A stretch of 64,000 nucleotides of DNA from Camelus dromedarius. Lineage: Eukaryota. This document shows positions 13,495-26,959 of the stretch, piece after piece; the first letter of the stretch is position 1, and each line of letters opens with the position of its first letter. The DNA lies in assembly GCF_036321535.1 (NCBI RefSeq), contig NC_087437.1, positions 106,022,001 through 106,086,000 of the forward strand. Direction: 5' to 3'. The notes under the pieces are model-generated. The model was not told where the DNA came from. It ran no database searches and was given only the letters and a program-made list of their open reading frames with translations. A program made the position numbers and the translations under genes.

Positions 13495-15190
13495 AGCATC
13501 TACTCTTGGAAAAATGAAGTAGATACACATTTTCCTATTCCTCCTGCTAACTACAGTGGGGAAAAAGCGGAGGGACATTACATATAAAACAAACATAAGA
13601 AATTGAAGATAATGGTGGAGAAAAGAAAGAAAACTGGCTAAGGGCCTCAGGGTCCATGGAAGGATACAGTAGTGAGTTTTGTAGGTTTGGGGTTTGGGGT
13701 TTTGGTGGGGGTTCTTTCCTCGTTTATCAAGACTGCTTTCTGGAGAAGCTAGCAACACAGAAACACCAATGGGCACAAAAAAAAAAAAAAAAAAAAAGCC
13801 CAAAGTAAAGCCTGCTCCCATTATCCAGAAGGAGCATGCCAACAAGACAGAAAATGTTTTTTTCTTATTTTTAATTTTTCTTTTTTTGTCATGGCATCTT
13901 TTGGATTTTCTATGTATAGTGTCATGTCATCTGCAAACAGTGACACTTTTCCTTCTTCCTTTCCAATTTTGAATCCTTTTATTTCCTTTTCTTCTCTGAT
14001 TCCTATTGCTAGGACTTCCAAAACTATGCTGAATTAGAGTGGCCAGAAAATGTTTAGAAAGTAACCATTCTGTTTCAGCTAAATACCATGGAAAAATAAC
14101 TGTGCCCTGACCCCTCAAAACACTGTTCCCACCAGTAAAGGCCAAGTGGGGTATCTAGACTTGCCAGGGAGGAAGGCAAGGAATGAGGCACCCCAACCCT
14201 TCCACCAGAGTGGTGTCAGAGAAGACCCAGAAGGGAGAAAGGACTTTCATATGTTAGTCCCCACCCTCGTGGTGTCATTGTGGAAGCTGTACTTCCACAA
14301 CCGCCCCTCTCCCTCCCCACTGGGTGGTGTCAGAGGAGGCCTAGAGGAAAGTCAGGACTTTCAACACTACCTGTAGGTAAGGAGGGCACCCCCATCCCCA
14401 TGGTGTTAACGGAGGCCTGGTAGAGAGAAGGAACAAGGCACTTCTGTCCCTCCAAACCAGAGTAGTATCATTAGAGACAGTAAAACTTCTGAACTCCCGC
14501 TCATCACCCACTGCAGTGATGAGAAGCAACTTCTCTACAGGTGTCAATGGGGAACTTGGACTTCCATCCCACCTGGGAGTCACAGGGCAATGCAACCACC
14601 AGAATGGAGTCAGAAGACACCTGCTGAAACAGAAAATTTAAATACGTCCCAAAGTCTCATAATGTAATACCCAAAATGTCCAGGTTTTCATCAAGAGTCA
14701 TTCATCCTGCCAGGAATCAGGGAAACTTCAACATGAATAAGAAAAGGTAATCCACAAGCATCCACAGGAAGATGACACAGAGGTTAGGAATATCTGACAA
14801 TGATCTTAAAACGGGAATCATAAAAATGCTTCAACAAGCAATTATGAACATGCTTGAAACAAAAGAAAAAAATACAAAGTCACAGCAAAGATGTAGAAAA
14901 TGTAAAGAAGAATCAAATAGAAATTTTAGAATTGAAAAATATACTAACAAAAATTTTAAAACGTTAACGGATGGTCTCAACAGCAGAATGGAAAAGATAA
15001 AGAACAGTTAACTTGAAAACAGAACAATAGAAATTTCCCAATCTGAAAACAGCAGATAGACTGAGGGCAAAAATGAACAGAAACTCAGGGACCTTTGGAA
15101 CTTAATAAAATATCTAACTTACGTGTCACTGGAGTCTTAGAAAGGAAGGAGAAAGAGAACGGGGTTGGAAATGTATTCAGAGACAGAATC
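13495..15190 (+). mobile_element. Old L1M (L1MC-like) 5'UTR with internal subrepeats, plus decayed ORF1
   Basis: Repeated ggtgtcagaggaggcc...ggactttca units at 14150-14600; ORF 14772-15011 resembles the ORF1p coiled-coil (LTDGLNSRME). Confidence 0.75.
13860..14043 (-). mobile_element. Internal L1 ORF2 (RT core) fragment with its own A-rich tail and TSD
   Basis: [15 protein letters not shown]...[31 protein letters not shown] at 13848-13859 and 14044-14055. Confidence 0.9.
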
Positions 15191-15801
15191 TGAATATTTG
15201 AATAACACTGTTTTAAGTTAGCACCATCAATTCCCAGATTTTCCCACTTCACTTACTCTTGGAAGCTAGAGTCTGGCTTGCTGAATTTTAGGAAGACAAT
15301 ATTGGCCTCACAATGCACCATAAGAGGGCAGTCAATGCAGCATCCGAAGCCCAGTTCAAAGATACATATTTTGGTAAAAGTTGTGTAAATCAAAAACTCC
15401 TTTTCTGACCCTAAAAATTTTCTGGTTCACTCTCAGTTGCAGTCCCTTCCCATGACATGAAACTGCAAATCTTCCAGAGACGTAGAGTAGGGCTGTCACT
15501 GGGAGCACACCCCAAATTCAGCAGTTGAAGCTGTATTTGATCATGGGGCAGATGAGGTAAATCTGACCCTTGGATTTCCTATTCTGGGAATGAGTAAAGC
15601 AGCCCGCTGCGTCCTGCTTCCTTTCACAAAAGCCCTTGGCCAGGAAGCCACGAGTAATACTTTGAACTTGAGGCCACCTAAGAATTTCATCTCTAACCAG
15701 TTCTAGAAAAGCTGTGATTTTCAAAGTTTCTACCAATATTCATTGAAAACTGACATTTTGGTTGAGAGGACAAATTATTGGGACTTTAAAAGACAATGTC
15801 T

Positions 15802-16587
15802 GGCAAGACACCATAAATCTCCTAGAAGAGAACATAGGCAAAACATTCTCTGACATAAATCTTAGCAATGTTCTCCTAGGGTGGTCTTCCCAGGCAATAG
15901 AAATAAAAGCAAAAATAAAGAAGTGAGACCTAATTAAACTTTTATGCTTTTGCACAGCAAAGAAAACTATAAACAAAATGAAAAAGCAATCTACAGAGTG
16001 GGAGAAAATATTTGCAAACAACGTGACTGACAAGGGCTTAATTTCCAGAATATACAAAGAGCTCATACAGCCCAATAACAAAACAAACAAACAAAAAAAC
16101 AATTGAAAAGTGGGCAGAAGACCTAAACAGACATTTCTTCAAAGAAGACATACATTTGGCAAATAGGCACATGAAAAGATGTTCAATATTGCTAATTATC
16201 AGAGAAATGAAAATCAAAACTACAATGAGATATCACCTCACACCATTCAGAATGGCCATCATTGAAAGGTCCACAAATGATAAATGCTGGAGAGGGTGTG
16301 GAGAAAAGGGAACCCTCCTACACTGCTGGTGGAAATGTAATTTGGTGCAGCCATTATGAAAAACAGTACGGAAATTCCTTAAAAAACTAAAAAAAGATTT
16401 ACCATATGACCCAGCAATCCCACTCCAGGGCATATATCAGGAGAAAACTTTAATTTGACAAGATTCATGCACCTCAGTGGTCATAGCAGCCCTTTTTACA
16501 GTAGCCAAGACATAAAAGCAACCTAAATGTCATCGACAGATGACTGGATAAAATAAAGAAGGTGTGGTGTATGTGTATATGTGTGTG

Positions 16588-16628
<41 letters not shown>

Positions 16629-17090
16629 TACTACTCAGTCATTAAAAATAATGATATAATGCCATTTGCAGCAACATGGATGGACCTGGAAATTATCACG
16701 CTAAGTGAAGTAAGCCAGAAAAAGAAATACAAATACCATATGATGTCACTTATATGTGGGATCTAAAAAAAATGACACAAGTGAACTTGTTTACAAAATA
16801 GAAACAGACTCATCACAGACATAGGAAACAAACTTATGGTTACTGGGGTGAAGAAGGGGAGGGATAAATTCGGAATTTGGGATTTGCAGATATTAACTAC
16901 TATATATAAAATAGATAAACAGCAATGTCCTACTGTATAGCACAGGGAACTGTATTTAATATCTTGTGGTAAACTATAATGAAAAAATATGAAAAAGAAT
17001 ATATATATGTGTGTATAACTGAATCACTATGCTGTACACAAGAGACTAACACAACATTATAAATCAACTATACTTCAACTAAAAAAAAAG
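15802..17090 (+). mobile_element. 5'-truncated L1 (ORF2 C-terminus plus 3'UTR)
   Basis: ORF2 Cys-rich region ([17 protein letters not shown]), 3'UTR, A tail; (CA)n expansion at about 16590-16624. Confidence 0.95.
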
Positions 17091-18194
17091 ACTATGGGGC
17101 AGTCTGGAATGAGGAGGTTGACAAAAAAAAAGCTAAATTGTTCCATTTAACAAATTATCAGTAAATTCCATGTGTAATAATAACATACTTTTTAAATTTT
17201 TTTTCCTTAAAATGAGTGGGAGGTGAATTTGGGGAGTTGGAGTAAAGAGAGGGGAAAAAAAGATTCTAGTGTGAGAGAGAAGACCCACAAAAATGGTAGC
17301 AGGCTCAGAGCCCCTCAAAAATGTACAAAAAGATAAGAATCCTGTAGAGCAGAAATGGCTAATGAACTTGAGGCAAGTGATTCATTGATGTGAATTTAGG
17401 TTGTTTGCTGATTTGTGATTTAATTCCTTGCCACTATCGCCAAGACTTCACGTATGTTCTCCATAGCAGCTCCAGGCTGGCGATACAGGAAAGAATAGAG
17501 GACAGGTGATGGTTGTTGGCTTTGAATGAACTGGTTGGGCAGGAGACAGGTATAGCAAGACGACAGATGCAGAGCTAATGAAAGTGAGATAGGAAACGTA
17601 TATGGGGAGGCATGGCAGATGGGACAATAGAAGAGCCAAGAGCATCTTGTACCCATTTTCCTTCGCTCCCCAACCTGAGGAAATAAGAGAAAGGGTCTTA
17701 GACTGACTCTACCATTTATTGAATTTGTGCAGGAGGGTCTCAGCTGTTGAATTTGTATTTGAAAGACAGAAATCCAGAAGGCTGAAAGTCTTGGGGATAC
17801 TGAGCTCACACATCTTCTTCCTGAGGATTCTTGAAATCTTGCAGCTTAGGGTTCCTGCCACTCAGCATTATAAACGTTTCCAAGTAGATCCGGGTGAGCT
17901 TGTAACTTAGGCTACTACTTTGGGTTTGTGTATATTTCCTGTCCAGGGTCATCTGTCAACAGAGCAGACAAATACCAAAATGAATCAATCTTATGTAGGA
18001 ATAGAAAGATATTCTAAGACAAAAAATACCAGTCCAAATGTGCTTGGCTGGACCTAACCATAAATAAGGAAGTGCATGCAGGCTGATGGGGACATCGTAT
18101 TGGGTGTTATATGGAAACCTGGAGTGGGAAAGTACTGAGCACGCTGGGTTACTAATGGTACCGAACAGTGAATTCTGTCACTTGGCTGGCACCT

Positions 18195-18650
18195 TGGTTT
18201 GGGTCTCCCTCATAGCAGCGCCAAAGATGGAGACTTGGATTTGGATACAGGTGGTTTATTTGGGATGAGATCCCAGGAAATGGGAACAAGAAAGCAAAAG
18301 AGTGAGAAGAGAAAGAGAAAAGGGAATTCAAGGCTGCATTATCATAAAGGAGGGTTTGAGTCTACCAGGCCCTCTGCAAAGAGAGACAAATGCCTCTCAG
18401 AATCATCTCCTGAAAGCCAAGAGGCTGAAGCATTTCTCCAACAGCTTCTCATCATCCTAGGTTAAGGATTGCTCCCAGAGACAGAAATCCCTGCACTTCC
18501 AAGTCTACACTTTTCTGAGCCAATTCAGGCAAACAGGACACGGCTGCCCGTAGCAGATAAGGATGTATTCCCAGGGAATGTCCAGCAAAGTTATGGCTGA
18601 AAACAGAGTTGGGTTAAAAAGAAGAGCTTCAGGGTACCACAGCTTCTGCA
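18195..18650 (-). mobile_element. Old ERVL-class LTR fragment
   Basis: ggatttggatacaggtggtttatttgggatgagatcccagg pattern. Confidence 0.45.
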
Positions 18651-18854
18651 CAGCTCAGCACCCACAGCGGCCACCTCAATTCATGTCACGTTCTTCTTTT
18701 CAGTTCCCAGCACAAATTTGTTAGTGGCCGCCTAAGAGTGGAATTCAGTCTTCTTGCCCCCCCAAAAGTGAAACTTTTCCTTTTCTTCTTGCCTTCTCCC
18801 AAAAACTCAACCTTCAGCAAATTAACCAACCTACTATCTCAGTTAAATTGTTAG

Positions 18855-19060
18855 TGATTGGGATTGAAAGATGAATAATACCTGTCTCTGCCCTCATGAA
18901 TTGTACAGTTCACTGTCGGAAACAAACACGTGAAGAGATCATTTCTAGTAACATAGCGAAGACAATGAGAGAACGAACACGGACGTAGAACACAGACAAG
19001 GACAGAGATGGGGCCCTTAGCCCAGCCTGGGGAGTGGGCTGTGATCAGAGATGTCCCCCT
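18855..19060 (-). mobile_element. L2 fragment
   Basis: aagatgaataatacctgtctctgccctcatga, L2 antisense motif. Confidence 0.55.
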
Positions 19061-20383
19061 GAAGTGGGTGTTCTAGGTGCAAGAAAGCTTTTAAAAGGAC
19101 GTGAGAAAAAGCAGCATGCTGTGCACTTCCGTCTTTCTTATTTATTCCTTCCAACTCTTACTTCCAATGGTAGTCTTAAGCTTTTCCTTCGTAACAATTT
19201 TTTATGTATAGGAACTTTTTCATGTTCATCCCATGAAAACAGGCTATTTCTGTCCTTTTGATTTCTCTACCCCTAGTGCCAACCCACTAAGATGCTCAAT
19301 ATTTGGTGAATGATTTAAAGAACAAGTGAATGACTGATATTTATAATCTCTTTAAATTCTATAATTTATAATAAGATTAGAAGCGTTCCTTAGGAGACAA
19401 GACACGGACTCATCAGTTAAGGTCTAACACTGCATCTCAAGGACAATTGACTATTTCCCTTTCCTGAAACAACAGGTAACTTATGTTCCAGGAAAAGTTG
19501 TTCATTTTCATAATCTAGAAAATATACATTTTAAGTGGTTTACCAGAATTCTTTGGATATGTATCAATATTAAGGCTTTATGCATCACAAAATTTATCTT
19601 TACATAGAAATTAGGGGAACAGTGGGAGCCCCGTTGCTCCTCTCCAAGGTGTGAGCCTCTTCTCTCATACATGTCTGGTGCCTCCTGTGCCTACTCAGGT
19701 AAGGTGGGGTGGGTGGTGGGTGTGGCCCTCTAACCAGCGCTCTATGTGCAATGCTCATGGCATTGACTATTGACTGAACTCAACCTTGGCCAGAATGTCA
19801 GCAGCACCATAGCTTGTCTACGTTCTCAATTCAATAAGTCAGGGGTAATAAGATTAGATTGTTTGATTTTCACTTATAATTTTGCAAACTTCGGCAAAGT
19901 TTAATTTTTATGTGTGAATGACTGTTTAATTCGAATGCCAACAAACACATGATATACTTTTCTGGAGGAAAAAGACTTGGACAATTTTTACATCAATTTT
20001 TGTGGAATTGGTGTTGGATTGGTGCAGGTACACCCGGATTACTGAAGAAGGCTGAGTTTAGTTATAACTTTTAGCAGAAAGTTGCAAAATAGTATATAAG
20101 TTTAGGGAAGCAGTCTGTTTTCATGGAGCAAATCGAAGCTAACCAATCCATCTAGAGTAGACAATGTGACCATTTCATTCTTCCACAAACACTTACTGAT
20201 TATCTACGATGGGTCAAATGTTGTCCTGCATGTTAATTCCAAACATCAAGAGACTCACAACCGAACTTCCTATTTTTATAAAATTACATTGGAAAACATT
20301 TCAAAGCCTCAAAACTCATTCTGAGATCCTTCAGCAATTAATCTGAACAAAATCAATTTTTTTTAATTTAAGAGTTGAACCAG

Positions 20384-20495
20384 GAAGGAGGAGCAGTCCC
20401 TCAGAGCCATCTGGGAGGCTGTCATCCCAGGCTCAAAGGGGTTCAAGTCCTCAGAAATGTCTGCTTAATAAAACATAACTCTCAAAAAAAAAAAA
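20384..20495 (+). mobile_element. Short polyadenylated retrocopy of an LTR-like (ERV1/MER41-like U3-R) RNA 3' end
   Basis: AATAAA at 20467-20472, A tail 11 nt downstream, TSD AAGAGTT(G/A)AACCAG at 20370-20383 and 20496-20509. Confidence 0.75.
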
Positions 20496-22259
20496 AAGAG
20501 TTAAACCAGAAAGGGAGAAAGTTGATGCATGAGTTTATTAACATTTTATACATCTGTGGGCATCAGAAATGAGGTCAGTGTCATGCATAAATAGCTAAAC
20601 CTTTGAAAATCTGAAAAGATTTATACTGGAAAATTGGTTTTCTTATATGATAACAAGAGTATTAACAGATATTTCAGTGTCTTATCAGTATGAAGAGAAC
20701 ACTTTCAAATTGTGAATGTTGTCTCTCTTGGTACTTTCCCTTCAACAACTCTGTTTTTCATTATTTTATGGCACAATGTTTGAATAGATTTGATTTACAC
20801 TACTTTAAAACATTTTAGAGAATGGTTCTGGTCTACTTCATCAATCTAAAAATTATACTAATATAATACAAATAATTATATTAATTTTACTGAATCCTTG
20901 TTATTAACAGTGTGATCATCTTGACAGTTAGATAAAGGAAATGACAAAAATCAGATCTAAATAATAACTTGAGTTAAAAGTTTGTGACCAGAATCTTTTC
21001 ATGTACCTTAGGAAACACATACATAACTAGAATTTTTAAATTACTATAAACAATCTCCTGCCTCACCAATCCCTTTCTCCTTAGTATTCTCTTAGAGTCA
21101 TTTTTCTACTTTGCATTATTTTAGACTAAAGTTTATGCTTTAAGCATAGATGCACACTTGTTGTTTGCCAAACACCCTCCTTTCTCCTCCTTTAACTACT
21201 GATCTTTTTTCTCTCCTTCCTTTCTGTCTCTCTCACTTATTCTTACATGCCTACACTCACACACACGGTCTTCCTCAGTCTCATAATCAATGACCCACGA
21301 AACATTTGTCTCTGTCACTTTTTCACTTTTTAAAAAAGAAACGTGACAATATTTGTTTCTACATAAGAAAGTCAGTGGAAAATTGAAGTAAATTTCTAGA
21401 TGGCTGTCTATAGTATACACTTCTTTAAATATTAAGAAAATTGAAGCACGGATCAATTTCACATTCTTAATTACTCAGGTTTCACCTTCATTACACTTCT
21501 ACAAAGAGACACACATGAATAAAAAGCAATATTTGTAGTCTCTCTCCTCAGTTGTATTGAACAGACATTTTCATTGGAGAGAAAAAAAGTATTTTCCAGA
21601 CGTTGACCTAAAACCAAATTCATTTTTCCAGAGAACTGTTTTGTATTTGTTCCTGAGGTAATGAGTTTCTCAAGTCCAAATGACATACAGAACAAAATGT
21701 GTAATTACCAGGAAGAACTAAAATTTTTTTCAAAACTTTTCTGGGTTCTCCCAATTCTATTTAGAAAGCCACTGAAGTTATGAGACTTCAAATAAGGAAA
21801 TTCCCCTCTGATTGTAAATTATACTGGGTCAGAGAAGCTTAAACGAGTAGGTATGTCCTGGGACGTACCGTAGGAGGTTACCAGTAATACAGTAGTAAGT
21901 TTCCTCTCTATGTAGAAAATGTCCCCAGGACTGACAAGTCCCTACAGGACTAATTTGAACTTTATATGTCATATGAAATTCTCTTGTATGCAAATTCTCT
22001 TCCCTCTGTCCTTTCTATCCCTAACTTCATGGAATCAATCTATTTCCATCCAAGTTATGTTCCTCTATATTTTTATAAACCTAACTTCAAAAAAGGATCC
22101 ATCTGTTGTTTGTGTGTGTGTGTGTGTGTATTCATAAACCTTTAAAGTTTTAAAATTTTTAATAAGGAAAAGGAACAGATCTTTGAAAGTACACAGTGTA
22201 ACAATAAAAAGGAGAGAGAAAGAAAGACAGGAGACAGAATATAAAGAAAAGTACAACTA

Positions 22260-22602
22260 TGGTATCACTTATATATGGAATCTTAAAAAATGATACAAGT
22301 GGATTTATTTACAAAACACAAACAGACTCACAGAAATAGAAAATAAATTCATGGTTTTATTGGGAAGGGGGAAGAGAGGAGGAAGGATAAGTTGGGAATT
22401 TGGGATTTGTGGATACAAACTACTGTATATAAGATAGGTACACAATAAGGCCCTACTGTATAGCACAGGGAACTATAGTCACTATCTTGTAATAACCTCT
22501 CATGAAAAAGAATATATACATATAGAACTGCATCTGTATGCTGTACACCAGAAACTAACACAACATTGTAAATCAATAATACTTCAACAACAACAAAAAA
22601 AT
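22260..22602 (+). mobile_element. 5'-truncated L1 3' end
   Basis: L1 3'UTR; TSD AAAAGT(A/G)CAACTA at 22247-22259 and 22603-22615. Confidence 0.93.
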
Positions 22603-24639
22603 AAAAGTGCAACTAGAATAAAAATATCTCCTTGAAAAGAATGGACCTATCTATAAAGATCTTAGCTGCCTCTAAACATGGATCACAAAATCATTAAGCA
22701 TCGTCTTTGCAGCAGACTCCACACCCACACAGCTGAAACTCATGGTGGTCACCATCCCCTCCTCCAAGGGCAGGTAAGCCATTCAAAATAGACTGCAGAC
22801 TTTCCAGTTTCTACCTCTTAGCCTTTGACCCCTTGCTATTTCCAGCAGAGTAGAGGCAACAAAGGATGTATGATAGAAAGCCAGGAACACATTTTCCCAA
22901 TACTGCAGCCTCCATGGATCCCACAATCCCCAATGTATAAAACCCACATCCTGTGATTCCTGCAGATGGCTCCCATCATGGAATAAGGCCTGGATGAGGA
23001 TGAATGAGAATTGAACAGGGAGAAGGGCTATAACTGCGTCACACTCTTTACTGGTGGCGCCAATCATTGGTACTTTTTATAGTTGGTATTTAGCACATAT
23101 CTGTTTGACAGAATAAAGAAGTGAATAAATAAAAGCACAGTAGCAACACATCAAATAAAGCTGATGCTTGGGGCCAGAAATATGCCATCTTGAAGAGCTA
23201 CTTCTTTTGGATAGACTAAAATGAAATACTGGTGTTATCCAAATGCCTCACCTCACACACCCACCCCTTGTCTCTCAGCTGGCAAATTCCTGCGAGACCT
23301 TATTAGCTTTTCTATTTTTCCCTTTTTCTGGCTTCAAGCTTGTCTCATTATGAAGCAATCTGTTGTGTTTTCTGATTGAAATTCCCCTTTGAACTATGAT
23401 AGAGAAAACTGAGGAGCAAAAATAAGTCATTTGCAAGAGACCTGCAGTGACTCAGCTGCTGAAAAGAATTCAAATTGAGCTTTCAATATTCTGAAATATA
23501 GCCCCAAATAGTATCATAATTATTGTTTGATCACCACCAGGAAGCCTTCCAAGTGACCTTGTCCAGAATGGAATCTTAGTCATTTCTCAACCAGACAGCA
23601 CATGAGCAAGTCCTATGTACTTTCTGACACTGATCTAGGTACACTAGGTAGGAATAAGAGAAATGGTTCTTTTTTTTTCAAATCAGTGAAAAATTGCTTC
23701 CTTTCTGTGTAGATCTGTATCAAGGAGCTGGCTTTGTTTCTATATGTGTGTGTGTATATTTAACTGAATTTTATTTTATATTTTATTTTGTATTTTAACT
23801 GAATTTACAATGTATTTGAGATTTGGTTTGGATTTTTTCAAATAAAAAACATGAAAGTTTAGGAAAACTTTCTCAATACCACACAAAACAAAATATTTTG
23901 TCAAGACAGAATTTGCCACCCATTATTTTTTCTAATTAACTGCACAAATCAGATTACAGTGGATTTTAATGAAAGTAATTATACTGAGAATTAATTGCAT
24001 TCTTCCAATTGTGAGTCATAAAATGTTTGCTAAATATTCCATTTTAATATTCCAGAAAAAAATTTACTCATTTTTAACAAGGGTTATGAAGAAACTTATT
24101 AAATGAGATTAAGTTCCAATGCCAAATAATTAACAAAAAAGACGAAAACAACATTTGTTTAGTATGTTTGTTTTATATGACCCCCAATATTTAATATACT
24201 TAAATCTCCTATTCAAATTGTGTCTCTTAATATTATTAAATAGATTTAGCTTAATAATAAACACAAATTCCCAAATAAATATTACATCATTCTAGGGTGT
24301 AAAATTATTTCTACTCTGATGTTTATCTGTGTTTTGTTTTTCATCTGTAACACTGACTTTTTTTTAAATCGACACAATAATGAATTATCAAGTATTTAAA
24401 TTTCACACAAGAAATAGCAATCTGAGTGCTGCCCTCAAGGCACAAATAAGCTACTGGAGAACAGTGTTTCCACACTGTTTAAGGTGGATACTAACCTGAA
24501 TGTTATGGCCTAAAAGAAATACAGAAAAGGAAGCAGTCCTTATTGGCTAGAGAATAGTAAAACCCAAGAAAGGGATGAAGGTTGAGCTCACCTGCTGAAG
24601 ACTGAGAAGACAGAAGTTCTAGGTGCTTAGAAATAGGAA

Positions 24640-25110
24640 GGTTGAGTTAAAAACTCAGAGCACAGATGAAAATGTGATACTTTTTATCATCAAAGTTATG
24701 ATGAAAATTCTTAATAGATAAAACTCTGTGAAGAAATTAGTTTATAAAAGAAAAGAGAAAGCTAAAGACCAATCCTTGAGAAACTCCAATGACCAGGATG
24801 GAGGGAGAAAAGAAGTACCAGTGAAAAAAAGACTAAGGATGTTGTGGAGACACAGGAAAAAAAAAAAAAAAAGGATAAGAGAGTTTTCAAGGAAGCAGTT
24901 CTCAACAGAATCACATGCAGCTGAATAGCCCAAAAAGTTGAGAATTTTAAAAGGCCATTGATTTTCACTAGAAATAGGTACCTAATGACTTTCCCATAAG
25001 CAGTTTCAGGAAGCTAAGATTCCATCTCAAAGTTTACAAACAAAACAGAAAAAGGAAAAATGAGAGTGAGTGTAGAATATTTCAAGAGTTGGTCATGAAA
25101 CGGAAGGAAA
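24640..25110 (-). mobile_element. L2 fragment
   Basis: Purine-rich antisense L2 motifs (aatccttgagaaactcca, gagttttcaaggaag, atgactttcccataagcagtttcag). Confidence 0.65.
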
Positions 25111-25207
25111 TAAATTCAAAGTTCATTAAACAGGCATCTGGCTCCCAAGGAAAAATTTAATTTGTTTAAAGTAATTGATCGTTAGGCATGACTAATAGCA
25201 AGAAATA

Positions 25208-25445
25208 TTTTTTTATTGAATTATAGGTGATTTACAATGTTATGTTAGTTTCTGATGTAGAGCAAAGTGATTCAGTTATATATATACATGTATGTTATTT
25301 TTCATATTCTTTTCCATTATGATTTATTACAGTATATTGAATATAGTTCCCTGTGCTATACAGTAGGACCTTGTTTTTTTATTTTATATATAGTAGTTTG
25401 TGTCTGCTCTTCCCAAACTCCTAATTTATCCCTCCCCCACCCCCT
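25208..25445 (-). mobile_element. 5'-truncated L1 3' end
   Basis: Reverse L1 3'UTR; TSD AAGAAA(T/G)ATTTTTT on both sides. Confidence 0.92.
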
Positions 25446-25594
25446 AAGAAAGATTTTTTAAAAGAAAGATTGCGAACCCTAAGGAGAGTGGGTTATAGAA
25501 AAATGTGGGAACAATTCATGAATAGCCCCATTCAGGGATGGGTCCCAAAGCAGAGAAGAAAAGTTAACTTCAGAGATTAGAATAGAAGTAAGAG

Positions 25595-25798
25595 TGGTTA
25601 ACATTTACTGAGCAATGGTTATGTGCAAAGAACTATACATTATCTCCTTAAATACTTATAAAAAACTTACAAGTAGATATCATTCCCATTTCACCTATGA
25701 GGGAATTGGAACTAAAAGAAATAACTTACCTAAGGCCACCTGGAAAGTATGAGGCAGTATCCAAACACAAGCTTACCTGACTTCAAGCTTAACCATTG
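25595..25798 (-). mobile_element. MIR SINE
   Basis: aacatttactgagc...cccatttcacctatgaggg...aacttacctaaggccac core. Confidence 0.75.
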
Positions 25799-26264
25799 AA
25801 AATTTTTATTTCTGGTGAATTGTCTGGTGTCCCAAGGCACAATTCTCATTCAGTGTGATTGGTAGATGTTATCTTCTTGAAACTAATCTACAAACATAAT
25901 TTGGACGCCACAACTTCTGACACTGACAGTAGAGACTCTTCATCCGATGTTCGCTGCATAGATTTTACTCAGAGAGGCTCTGAAGGTGGAAAAAAAAAAA
26001 AAAAACAAACCCTTATTCCTACTGCAGTCTCCTATGGAACAGTCCTTTAATTTCCACAGAGAAATTACAAAAGGTTGATTTCAGTAATTTTACTTCAAGG
26101 GGCCGAGAGAAATACTATTCTACCATGATACCTCTTTCTGGATATTGGAGTGGTGTCTAAATCCCAAGCTGACACCTCTCTCTTCAGCCATTGCTAACTA
26201 CCCCAAGCCCTACTCCAGTGAGGAGAGTAGGTAGCAAAAGTTATCATTAAACCGAAGAGAAATG

Positions 26265-26890
26265 TCATCTCACTCATCACCCTGCTGCTAAATTCAAGAG
26301 ATGCTTTTCAGTTTTGTCTCACTTTTCTGTAGAATTTGAAGCTGTTCCCCACATACCCCCTTTTAGAAGTTCTAATCTCTTCTTGTTTTATCGACTATAG
26401 TCAACCCTGGATTACTTTCTACCTACATGATTTTTCCTTCTCTTCACTTTTCACAGGCTTCTCTTCCTCTAAACATCCTTTAAATGTTGGAGCTTCCTTT
26501 ATTCATGCCCTTCTTTCTCTTCCTTTGCACTATCCCTAAAAGGTGTCATTGTTTTAATGATTTAAATTACCACCTTTATGCTGATGAGTTCCAGGAGCAT
26601 GTCTTTAGTTTGGACCTCACTGCTGACCTCCAGATCCATAGGTACAACTCAAACCTCCCCATCTGGGTGTCCTGTAGAGGTACCACATCATTTTCCTAAT
26701 AACCTTTTCCTTTTATGTAGCCACTCCTTTGATGAAACACTCAGCTAGTACAGAAAATGAGCAATCATCTTTGAGATTTTTTTTCCTTTATTCAGCTTCT
26801 CTTCACATGCAATCCAATCACCGAATTCAGTAAATTCTATTCCCAAATATCCCTCAAATCTTCCCTTCCTCTTAATCTATTTCAATAATA
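26265..26890 (+). mobile_element. L2 fragment
   Basis: tgctaaattcaa...ttaaattaccacctttatgctgatgagttcc motifs. Confidence 0.75.
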
Positions 26891-26959
26891 TCTTCTTTTC
26901 AGGATTTCTTTCTGAGGCTTTGTCATAGTGCCTGAAATGTAACAGAATGACATCATTTT

